A DNA stretch of 64,000 bases from a virus. Below, piece by piece: positions 54,082 to 62,622 of the stretch; the first letter of the stretch is position 1, and each line of letters opens with the position of its first letter. The DNA lies in the IMG/VR virus record IMGVR_UViG_3300045988_127492, positions 32,001 through 96,000 of that record; one strand, written 5' to 3'. The position numbers were made by a program, and so were the translations under genes. The notes beneath the pieces were generated by a model. It was not told where the DNA came from, did no database searches, and saw only the letters and a list, made by a program, of their open reading frames with translations.

Positions 54082-55113
54082 TCAAATTTCTCCTAAAATA
54101 ATTCTTTCATTGACAGATGCCACAAACGCTTCTATGGATTTATAATCTGGTTTATCTGGTAACGCAGTATTTTCCGCATCATATTTAAGTCTTTTCTCTA
54201 ACTCATCTATCATTTCAAAAAACTCTGGAATAGGCTGATAATTTTCATCCAAATATTTTCCATTGCGTAAATCCATAAGAAGTTCATGATCATCTTCTCT
54301 ATATGTAATAATTTTTCCTTTCTCAAGAATGTCAAAACACATAAGATACAGTCTCACTAAATGACACATATGCTTTCCCAACTTATTGTGATCTATAGCA
54401 TGTTTGTTTCTCTTCCCAATTTTAGAATAGTCTTTAACAATACTTTTCATTTCAGCCCACATTCCTTGATAATCATTCAAAGGATAGTGCTTTAGGTGAA
54501 TATCCATAAACACTTCTGTTTCATAGTCTTCCTGAACACCTTTATCTACATAAAGCTTTATTGCATCTTCTGGAAAATTGAAATACTTTTCAGGGAAAGT
54601 ATAAAAAGCATTCATAATACTATTAAGAACATGCTGCATTCTTTCTTCTTGTCCCAATTTCCTGGCAGCTTTATTATCGAGCCTTCTTAGCTGACTTGTA
54701 GCATAGCCTCCAAAAGAATAGATCGCTTTCTTAGATAAAAACATTTCAGCATTATCAAGAAGTTCTTGACCAATTGGATGAATATAAAGATAATGTTCTG
54801 GCTTCAATCCTATCAGCTCAATTGTGTTTGGGTTGCAGTTTGACAATAGAGTTATCAATTTATTAAAAGAATAGATTGTTGTATCTGTTGTTTCTTCCGT
54901 TACCTGATCAAAATTATGTGTAGGAATCAGGATTTCTTCTCTTTTATTTAAAGCACAACCCCTAATATCCAGATCGGAGTTTTCTGTATCTGTACCATAA
55001 GCATGAGACCCACCTAAGCCTAATAGAATTATGTTACTCCCCAGGTGCTCGTTCGCTCTTAAGAAATCATAGTGTTCACTTTTCAACAATTTTTTGATTT
55101 TCTCTATTTTCAT
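54082..55113 (-). CDS. Pol-beta superfamily nucleotidyltransferase (RlaP-like)
   Basis: LLGLGGSHAYGTDTENSDLDIRG is the GS...D.D motif of Pol-beta NTases. The family assignment is from memory. Confidence 0.5.
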   Translation of the reverse strand: MKIEKIKKLLKSEHYDFLRANEHLGSNIILLGLGGSHAYGTDTENSDLDIRGCALNKREEILIPTHNFDQVTEETTDTTIYSFNKLITLLSNCNPNTIELIGLKPEHYLYIHPIGQELLDNAEMFLSKKAIYSFGGYATSQLRRLDNKAARKLGQEERMQHVLNSIMNAFYTFPEKYFNFPEDAIKLYVDKGVQEDYETEVFMDIHLKHYPLNDYQGMWAEMKSIVKDYSKIGKRNKHAIDHNKLGKHMCHLVRLYLMCFDILEKGKIITYREDDHELLMDLRNGKYLDENYQPIPEFFEMIDELEKRLKYDAENTALPDKPDYKSIEAFVASVNERIILGEI

Positions 55114-55594
55114 CAATTTCTCCTGTTGAATAATAATAATTTACTATATCATCTAAGTTCCTTATCTCTTTTTCTAACTCTGCACACTTTTTCTTGCTAT
55201 CACATGCCCATAACTGTTTTCGTAGCTTCGTTGCAACCTCAGATACCTTTTCTGCTTCTTCTGTTTTATCAATGGTTTCTATGACATCAACTTCAATTGG
55301 TTCTCCGCAAAATGGACAGAATTTAAGAGGGTAATAATAGTCATCAGGCCATGTATCTCCCCAGTCTTGGACTTCTTCGCTTACGTAAAAGAAAATTCCA
55401 AAAGTTTCATTACTTTCGTAATCACAGTCTTGGCATACTACACTTTCACAAGTTCTACATAGGTAGGCATCAGGGTATTCATTAGAAATAATTATTCTAG
55501 GATTTTCTTCCAATGCCTTACAGCAGAACTTTGGTTTATAATACTTATAAGATGTGTTGCCATCTACAATTATTTCCTTTGCTTTTATTTTCAT
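55076..55594 (-). CDS. Cys-rich hypothetical protein (zinc-ribbon-like)
   Basis: Multiple CxxC pairs: CRTC, CQDC, CPFC. Confidence 0.5.
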   Translation of the reverse strand: MKIKAKEIIVDGNTSYKYYKPKFCCKALEENPRIIISNEYPDAYLCRTCESVVCQDCDYESNETFGIFFYVSEEVQDWGDTWPDDYYYPLKFCPFCGEPIEVDVIETIDKTEEAEKVSEVATKLRKQLWACDSKKKCAELEKEIRNLDDIVNYYYSTGEIDENRENQKIVEK

Positions 55595-55603
55595 GTTTAC
55601 ACC

Positions 55604-55987
55604 TCAGATAATCTGTAAGTTTTCGTCACCAATAAGCCATGCAGAATCTAAAATAAAATTTTCATATGGATCACCATTGTCGTTCCAGAATTCATCTGAT
55701 CCAACTTCCCAATCACCCAATGTTCCAGCATTAAAGTTACCGTATAAATAATCTGCCACATATTCTAAAAACGCATCTACAGCCTTATCATAATCTTCTT
55801 TTCTTATTGACTCTTCTACATCTGGCTCAAGATCAATCCATTTATGCTGCTCAATCAAAAAAGATTTAGCATTGTCTCTTACTTTCAACAGTGAGTTTTT
55901 AATGTCTGTCAATGTTGCATCTTTCTTTTTTGCAATGATGTAACTTGAAGATGAGCTATTAGTAACAAACCCTCTTCTTATTTTCAT
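55604..55987 (-). CDS. Hypothetical acidic protein with the N-terminal motif MKIRRGFVTNSSSSSY
   Basis: ORF; paralogous N-terminus with the next gene upstream. Confidence 0.5.
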   Translation of the reverse strand: MKIRRGFVTNSSSSSYIIAKKKDATLTDIKNSLLKVRDNAKSFLIEQHKWIDLEPDVEESIRKEDYDKAVDAFLEYVADYLYGNFNAGTLGDWEVGSDEFWNDNGDPYENFILDSAWLIGDENLQII

Positions 55988-56383
55988 TATCCATCTCTCC
56001 CTTCTCCTTCAGCAACTTCTATATCAGCAAATCCATTTTCTTCCGTAATGGCATCAATCGCTTCATTCATAGAAAAATTATAATTATAATTAACATCACC
56101 CCACTCATCTTCATAGGCCTCATTGCTATCCATAATTACAATATATTCTCCATCAGGATGCTTTTCTAAAATGTCATCAACTCCATAAATTGTTGCTCCG
56201 CACCAGCTAGCCCCGAGACCACCACACCAATCTTTTTCATCATTTACGCCGGCAACATCTAATACATTAAGATTAAATTGATCAATTATCTTCTGAACTT
56301 TTTTCTTTGTCAGCGATTCTTGCAAAACAGATAATGAAACTGCTAGAGCTTGAATTAGTGACAAATCCTTTCCGTATTTTCAT
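55987..56383 (-). pseudogene. Paralogue of 55604..55987, interrupted by a frameshift at an A6 tract (could be a sequencing error, a real pseudogene or recoding)
   Basis: The ATG at 56383 (GGGAGG RBS) gives MKIRKGFVTNSSSSSFIICFARIADKEK..., which stops at 56282. The long ORF 55987..56364 is in the +1 frame. Removing one A at 56299-56304 joins the two. Confidence 0.55.
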
Positions 56384-56394
56384 GGTCCTCCCTT

Positions 56395-56583
56395 CTAGTG
56401 GCTTTCGCCACTAGATTTCTTATTCCAATTTGGTTTGTTAGTTTTCATTTTATTTACATGTTTAGAAAACGCTAGGGACTTCTTAGATGGCTTTAATCCA
56501 TGCTTAGTCATTCTGGTGTGTTCTTTTCCGTTTTTATCTACTCTCGTTGTATACTCTTTGTTCCAAGAATTCTTTGATTTCAT
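56395..56583 (-). CDS. Small, highly basic protein
   Basis: 62-aa Lys/Asn/Ser-rich ORF. Confidence 0.4.
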   Translation of the reverse strand: MKSKNSWNKEYTTRVDKNGKEHTRMTKHGLKPSKKSLAFSKHVNKMKTNKPNWNKKSSGESH

Positions 56584-56584
56584 A

Positions 56585-57730
56585 TTACATATCCTCCATT
56601 GAATAAATTACTCTCTCTAAGCTTCTTTTGGATTTAAAGCATTTCTTAAGTAAACACCACATAATTGCCTTTTCAACATCGTCTTCATCTTCCCAATCAT
56701 TTAAGACTACAGAAGTTTGAGTTCCATCTTTAAAGCCAACAGTTGTTCTAATCTTTTCTGTAGAAATATCTCTTGTTCTTCCTACAAATGCAATATCGTC
56801 TTTCGATAAGGTTTTACAAACGTGTTTATCAGTTTTGTTTTTAGGTACAATATATACATCAATACCCAAAGCATCTTTAATCTGACGTTCGCAACTTCTA
56901 AGCTCCTCTCCAATAGTATGTTCTTTTTCTTTTTTCGCTACTACTTTTTCAAGTGCTTTTAAGATTTCATCTGGTGACATGTTCATATCTGTTTTCTCCT
57001 CTTTATAATCAAAATATGGCATTGGTTTCAGTTTAAACTCATTCTTCTCATGTAAACGATCAATTCGTCTTTTTACTTCTGGATCGTCACATACTCCTGT
57101 ACGAATATATCTATCTAATACTGCATAGGTGAATCCAAAGTTATCTTCATCTGACTTGCCGCATAAACCATCTGCTGGCGTTTTCTCTACATATTTTTTA
57201 GGCAATCTTAAATAATGACCAATTGCTACAACTTCCTTTTTTACAAAAGGAGCTAATGGAGCTAAATCTCCTGCTCCGTCACCATCACGAGTAAAATATC
57301 CAATATATATTTCACTAAGATTTCCAGTATTGACTACTCTTCCATTATGAGACTGTGCTACCCCGCGTAAAACAGCCATTCTTAATCTTGGAGCAAGATT
57401 AATCAGGGTCTGATCTGATACATCCAGTGCAAGATCAATCTGATCAATGATATCATCATAAGCATATCCAATATTAATAGTAAGATAATCAATACCTAAT
57501 ACGTGCTGGCAGATATCATACGCCACATCTATATCATCCTGTTTGTAATTTGGCATAATTACTCCGAGGACTTTGCTTGGTCCGACAGCTTCCACACATA
57601 ACTTAGCAGCTACTAAAGAGTCAACACCGCCGGAAATACCTACTATAAAGTTACATTCTGGGCCATTTTTCTCTCTCCAATCTCTGATCCACTGAATGCA
57701 ATCATTTGTTGCTTTTTCTACATTAAACAT
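56585..57730 (-). CDS. nadE: NH3-dependent NAD+ synthetase with a C-terminal extension of about 130 aa of unknown function
   Basis: VGISGGVDSLV PP-loop; NTGNLSEIYIGYFTRDGDGAGDLAPL; PADGL...SDEDNFGFTYAVLD. Confidence 0.8.
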   Translation of the reverse strand: MFNVEKATNDCIQWIRDWREKNGPECNFIVGISGGVDSLVAAKLCVEAVGPSKVLGVIMPNYKQDDIDVAYDICQHVLGIDYLTINIGYAYDDIIDQIDLALDVSDQTLINLAPRLRMAVLRGVAQSHNGRVVNTGNLSEIYIGYFTRDGDGAGDLAPLAPFVKKEVVAIGHYLRLPKKYVEKTPADGLCGKSDEDNFGFTYAVLDRYIRTGVCDDPEVKRRIDRLHEKNEFKLKPMPYFDYKEEKTDMNMSPDEILKALEKVVAKKEKEHTIGEELRSCERQIKDALGIDVYIVPKNKTDKHVCKTLSKDDIAFVGRTRDISTEKIRTTVGFKDGTQTSVVLNDWEDEDDVEKAIMWCLLKKCFKSKRSLERVIYSMEDM

Positions 57731-58223
57731 TCTGTTCCTCCAATTTCCATAATTCTACTTCAAAGTTACACAATTCTTCTTCTATAATTTTGTAAATCAC
57801 ATCCCAATCTGCGCCTCCTCTTCCGCAGCCTATTTTATATGGGAGTGCAATGCTTGTCTTGTGAGGCCTATTATCAACATCAAACCAATAAATAGGTATC
57901 TGTTGCCGAATGAAATTTAATCCCTCTCGAAAAGCTTTAAGATCTGTATATTGCTTACCATCATATCCATACTTGTCTTGTGCAAATAAAGACAATATTA
58001 CTTGATTTTTCCATCTGATAAAGTACTCGTCATATGTTCCAAGAAGTAATTCTGGATTAAACTCACGTAATTTACAGACGTTTCTATAATGTATATAAAT
58101 ACTTTCGTCATAATCTCTTAATGCTTTAGCAACACCAGTATTCATTTCTCCTTGGCAGTTAACTTGATGAATTATATAATCGGTCTTTGCATCTACAATG
58201 TTGCCTTCAATAATTCTAATCAT
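57723..58223 (-). CDS. Macro-domain protein (ADP-ribose binding/hydrolase)
   Basis: IIEGNIVDAKTDYIIHQVNCQGEMNTGVAKAL and a later GCGRGGADW motif. Confidence 0.7.
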   Translation of the reverse strand: MIRIIEGNIVDAKTDYIIHQVNCQGEMNTGVAKALRDYDESIYIHYRNVCKLREFNPELLLGTYDEYFIRWKNQVILSLFAQDKYGYDGKQYTDLKAFREGLNFIRQQIPIYWFDVDNRPHKTSIALPYKIGCGRGGADWDVIYKIIEEELCNFEVELWKLEEQNV

Positions 58224-58764
58224 TTTTTACCTCTTTATAATTTGCATCTCCTACGTCATACATACTAAAATGGAAATCCATATAATCTTTATCATCTATA
58301 TCTTCTTTGTCAAAGAAATCTTCAATCTGCTTTCCATCTGCAATTACAATATAGAGATTTCCATCTTTGCTTATGTACGTTTTTTGAGCTTCGTTTGTAT
58401 AATCACTATCACCTGTCCAATCTGTATAATACTCATAAGATTCTACCGGTTCGTCAGGATGATATTCGTCTTCTAGTTCAAACTTAATTTTTGTAATGTC
58501 ATTATACATAGACAATGTATCAAATATCATTTCTGAAAAACCTTCTGGTACCGCAAAACAACCAAACTGATTTCTCTTTTTATTTGCATCTTTATGAATT
58601 TCAATGGCAATAATGTTAGCTGACACCATTTTACAAATAGCGTTACATGCTATTCTTCTTACAGAAGTGTCTATATCCTCTACTATAAAATCTCCTATGT
58701 ATTTACCATCAATGGTCACATAATCACAATTTTCTAAAATGAAGGTAATTGATTTTAGTCTCAT
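58216..58764 (-). CDS. Hypothetical protein
   Basis: The internal ATG at 58764 follows GGAGAAAAA and avoids a long overlap with the upstream gene. Confidence 0.4.
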   Translation of the reverse strand: MRLKSITFILENCDYVTIDGKYIGDFIVEDIDTSVRRIACNAICKMVSANIIAIEIHKDANKKRNQFGCFAVPEGFSEMIFDTLSMYNDITKIKFELEDEYHPDEPVESYEYYTDWTGDSDYTNEAQKTYISKDGNLYIVIADGKQIEDFFDKEDIDDKDYMDFHFSMYDVGDANYKEVKND

Positions 58765-58772
58765 TTTTTCTC

Positions 58773-59186
58773 CTATAAATCCTGGAACGTAAACTTCTCG
58801 CCACAAGAGCAAATCACTTCTCCAATAGTTCCAATTGATGTAGGTGTGAAGCACCATGTAAGAGATCCACCTATGCAGCCATGTCCCATTGCTCTCTGTT
58901 TAGAAGTTTTAAGTCCATGTTTTTCTGCATCATGTTTCAACTGCCACTCTCTAATTTTCTTTTCTTCCTTTTCAGAAATTGGGAATCCTCTGTACAGATC
59001 TTCTTTTGCTTTTTTCAATTCAGCTTCCATTCTCTGCATTTCAGAATCTTTATAATGCTCATCTTTGAGATTTTTATTTTCTTCACTCAGATACTTAATT
59101 CGTCTTTCATAAGAATCTGCCTTATCAATAATTCCCTGACAAAGTTCTGAAACCGAATCAGTAAAATATGTTTTTCTCATTTTCAT
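58773..59186 (-). CDS. Hypothetical coiled-coil / Cys-containing protein
   Basis: 137-aa ORF. Confidence 0.45.
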   Translation of the reverse strand: MKMRKTYFTDSVSELCQGIIDKADSYERRIKYLSEENKNLKDEHYKDSEMQRMEAELKKAKEDLYRGFPISEKEEKKIREWQLKHDAEKHGLKTSKQRAMGHGCIGGSLTWCFTPTSIGTIGEVICSCGEKFTFQDL

Positions 59187-59187
59187 C

Positions 59188-60654
59188 TTAATGTTCTCCG
59201 TTTAATCTGTTTCTGATTTTTTCAAAACACTCATCATCATATGTTCCCCCATTAATGAACACTGTCCTTAATGCATCATCATATACAAGACTGTCATATC
59301 CATCTGCACACTGTAGTTCTCCATTTTCATCATAATAGATATAACAACATCCTTTATGAGATTTCTTTAAATGACTTGTATCAGTCTTCGGATCCTTATA
59401 AATCATGACTGGTTGTCCATTAACTTCTCCGAACGTAGCTTTCATAGCAATTCCAAACATATCTCTAGTTACAACGACCATACGTCCATCAGGTTCTACG
59501 ACCGCTGAAAAACAAAAAGCTCCCACACCAAAAACAATATTGTTCGCGGCGAATCCTTTCTTCTCAAGTTCCTCCCATACCTGCCTTACATTATTAAGAG
59601 TACAGCCATCTCCATAGATAATTCCAATATGAGGGTCCAGTACTTTATATCCTTTGCTATTCACTGATCCTTCAAATGTGTTCCAGAGTTTTTCAATTGT
59701 CTTTACTGAAATTTCTACCATATTTCCACTGTCCGGACGAACCAGAAGCTTACCGTTATGCTGCATAATTTCTTCTTTACAAGCTGGAAGAATGTTGTCA
59801 ATCATATTCCAGTAATCATATGTATCAGATACCATACTGAATGATGCATTAGGATAAAGCTCTGTAAGCAGTCTCTTCACAAATGTAATTTCATCTCCGT
59901 CTACGGCGAAGTTTGAAGCCATAACTGAGTGTTCTGTTGAGATTGCTCCAATTCCAATACCTTCTGTATAACAATCAGCATCGTAATATTTGTCCAAATA
60001 ATCAATTGCTGGGATTGTGCTGGTTTTATCGAATGATAATAACCATGCGGCAGAACATCTTTTAGCTTCTTCAATACAGGACATTCCTCTCATTCCAAAG
60101 TCAGAGCAAGCTAAATTGGGTTTTAAAGAGTCATCACAAGTCTTTTTGTAATAGAAATTAGCCAACTCTCTGTACATATGTCCGATTGTCGCATGAGCAC
60201 ATGGCTTCCAGAGTTCTACCTGCAGGATACATTCAATCCACTGTACAACCCATGCAAAGTCTGGATGTGTATTTGTGATCTCGATACACGGTACCCCCAT
60301 CGGAACCAGTGTTCCCTCCGGTAATGCGCGGATTTGAATTGGAAGATATCCTAATTCGTGGAGTTTAAGGATTGGAGAAATATCGTAATTTCTTTCCCCT
60401 AACTGGATATCCATACTATATGTATAGAGTTCCTGAATTTCGTCAGTATTCAACTTGAAAAAATCCCTTTTGAAATATTTAACAAGATACTCTTTAATAA
60501 AAGCCTGCAGTCCGAAGAAAACCATATGATCTTGCTCCTTTAACATTGATCTTCTCGGAGTCCAATAAGAGACTAACTTCGTAAGTCCCTTCGGATAGAT
60601 TTTATTATGGATTTGCTTATAAGTGTCACTTAATAAAATTGCAAGTGTATTCAT
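59188..60654 (-). CDS. nadV: Nicotinamide phosphoribosyltransferase family protein (NadV/NAMPT, or the Namat paralogue of the NARP1 pathway)
   Basis: LLSDTYKQIH... (DSYK-type N-terminus), 488 aa, with NAMPT-like core blocks. Confidence 0.75.
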   Translation of the reverse strand: MNTLAILLSDTYKQIHNKIYPKGLTKLVSYWTPRRSMLKEQDHMVFFGLQAFIKEYLVKYFKRDFFKLNTDEIQELYTYSMDIQLGERNYDISPILKLHELGYLPIQIRALPEGTLVPMGVPCIEITNTHPDFAWVVQWIECILQVELWKPCAHATIGHMYRELANFYYKKTCDDSLKPNLACSDFGMRGMSCIEEAKRCSAAWLLSFDKTSTIPAIDYLDKYYDADCYTEGIGIGAISTEHSVMASNFAVDGDEITFVKRLLTELYPNASFSMVSDTYDYWNMIDNILPACKEEIMQHNGKLLVRPDSGNMVEISVKTIEKLWNTFEGSVNSKGYKVLDPHIGIIYGDGCTLNNVRQVWEELEKKGFAANNIVFGVGAFCFSAVVEPDGRMVVVTRDMFGIAMKATFGEVNGQPVMIYKDPKTDTSHLKKSHKGCCYIYYDENGELQCADGYDSLVYDDALRTVFINGGTYDDECFEKIRNRLNGEH

Positions 60655-61043
60655 TATTTTTTATTCTCCTCTTTGTTGTTTACAACTTTATCAATCTGGT
60701 CAGTAATGTAATCAATAACATCCTTGCCGGTTTTCCCAACTGCTTGAATGTTATCTGTCGTTACATTATCTAATACAATCATTGTATACATTGTATCTTT
60801 CGATGGAGTTACTGCAAAAAGTAAACTACTAACGCAAAGCCAGATAACTGATTTCTTTAAATACTTTTTACATGCAACAACAGGTTCCTCATCCTGTTCA
60901 TAATCCATAGAACTAAGAAACCAAATAATTGATAATACCACCGCTGCACATCCAAGTAAAAATAATACAACACTAAATAATCCCTTTAAATCATCAAATA
61001 AATCAATTAAATAAATCAACCATGGGTTAATAATCGGTTTCAT
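60654..61043 (-). CDS. Membrane protein
   Basis: Two TM helices. Confidence 0.45.
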   Translation of the reverse strand: MKPIINPWLIYLIDLFDDLKGLFSVVLFLLGCAAVVLSIIWFLSSMDYEQDEEPVVACKKYLKKSVIWLCVSSLLFAVTPSKDTMYTMIVLDNVTTDNIQAVGKTGKDVIDYITDQIDKVVNNKEENKK

Positions 61044-61056
61044 ATTTTTATCTCCT

Positions 61057-61446
61057 TTATAACTTTCCTATCAAACAGCTCCAAGTAAAACCAATCTGAA
61101 ACATATGAGTTATTTGATCTTGAATTAAATTAATTTTCTTTTTATTGGCTTTCATATCATCTACTAACATATGTATCAATAAATTCATAACCAATAATAA
61201 AGGATTCCATTTACCACCAATAATCATAAGCGCAATTGTTGGTGGTAACATAATCATAAATGACCAACTAAAGCTATGCATAAACAATGCTGCTAAATAA
61301 TCATATTTATATAATTTTCCTGGTGCATTCTTTTCCCACCATGATTTTTGCTTTGCAGATGCTAACCATCCTTGCAAGTAATAATCATCTACAATATGAC
61401 AGAAAATCATAGTAAATAAGATAAATATTTTATATGCAATATTCAT
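61057..61446 (-). CDS. DUF3307-like membrane protein
   Basis: HIVDDYYLQ motif plus several TM helices. Confidence 0.45.
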   Translation of the reverse strand: MNIAYKIFILFTMIFCHIVDDYYLQGWLASAKQKSWWEKNAPGKLYKYDYLAALFMHSFSWSFMIMLPPTIALMIIGGKWNPLLLVMNLLIHMLVDDMKANKKKINLIQDQITHMFQIGFTWSCLIGKL

Positions 61447-62249
61447 TATCTAAACCTCTCAATCAGTTCAATCTTAGGACTTTCAAGATTTGTCAAAATC
61501 GTATCTGTCGTATAAATCTTCTCAATCAGTCCATTATTCTTCAGAAGCTCTCCATCATAAATAGTGTTTTCACAATGAGTAACATAGAGATAAATCTTAC
61601 CTACACCGGCCTCCTTTAGCTTTTTAGCACTATGATAAAAAGTACCGCCTCTGCTACAGATATCATCTACTATAAGGATATCTTTACCTGGGAGTTGATT
61701 AATTTCACCTGATAGATCAAGACCTTTGATTTCTCCTGTCTCCCAGTCTCTATTCTTAATACCAAACGCATATGGAAGATGTACCATGGAAGAATATCTC
61801 TTCATAGATCCTGCGTCTGGATAAAACATCATGAGATTATCACTCGCAATCTTCTTGACAGTAGCTTCAATCATTCGATTCGGTGACTCTACATGCACTT
61901 TATTAAATAACGCAACAGATACATCAGAGTGAGGATCTAAAACTTCTACCTTATTAAAATGCAATGAATTAATAATCTGAGCAAAATATTTTAAAGTAAA
62001 TAATTCGTTCTCATGCTTAACTCGATCCATACGAGCATCTGGGATATAAGGCATGTATAAACTAGGTACTACTCTATGGTCCCAACAATATCTAGCTATA
62101 TATTCAACTGCTGTTAACTCTTCCATTGATTCAAAGAACCATTCAATATTATCTCTACTCCATCCACCGATGGGTGGGAGATTCTTAAATAAGAATGTCC
62201 CATCCGGATATTTATCAAGTTTGATTTCTACACCGTTTAATTTAATCAT
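61446..62249 (-). CDS. prs: Ribose-phosphate pyrophosphokinase family protein (Prs, or the Adps paralogue of the NARP1 pathway)
   Basis: YMPYIPDARMDR, LDPHS and ILIVDDICSRGGT, which is the PRPP-binding loop. Confidence 0.7.
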   Translation of the reverse strand: MIKLNGVEIKLDKYPDGTFLFKNLPPIGGWSRDNIEWFFESMEELTAVEYIARYCWDHRVVPSLYMPYIPDARMDRVKHENELFTLKYFAQIINSLHFNKVEVLDPHSDVSVALFNKVHVESPNRMIEATVKKIASDNLMMFYPDAGSMKRYSSMVHLPYAFGIKNRDWETGEIKGLDLSGEINQLPGKDILIVDDICSRGGTFYHSAKKLKEAGVGKIYLYVTHCENTIYDGELLKNNGLIEKIYTTDTILTNLESPKIELIERFR

Positions 62250-62604
62250 TCCAAATCTCCTTGTAATTTATTTCTCGCTGCTCAATGATGTTATTTCTTG
62301 TGAAAACAATCTCAAAATCTGAAATCTGTTTCGTTCCAACAAGCTGAAATTCATAAACTTTATATCCAAGTTTCTTCAGTTCAAGAACATCAGTAAGGCT
62401 GAACCAGTGTTTTAATGTTTCCTTTGATGGTGCTGCTGAGAACCACTGTTTCCCACCTTCTCTGTATAATTCACTATCTTCCATTGGCAGGTTTCTACTT
62501 AATCCTTCTGAGAGCTGGTCGAATACAGGATTCCATGTTCCATCAAAATTCCGCCACAGTCCATGTTTCTCAATTTGGTCTTCTACTCTATATCCGAAAA
62601 TCAT
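62242..62604 (-). CDS. Hypothetical protein
   Basis: 120-aa ORF that overlaps the prs-family start. Confidence 0.45.
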   Translation of the reverse strand: MIFGYRVEDQIEKHGLWRNFDGTWNPVFDQLSEGLSRNLPMEDSELYREGGKQWFSAAPSKETLKHWFSLTDVLELKKLGYKVYEFQLVGTKQISDFEIVFTRNNIIEQREINYKEIWND

Positions 62605-62622
62605 TTCTTTTCTCCTATCACA

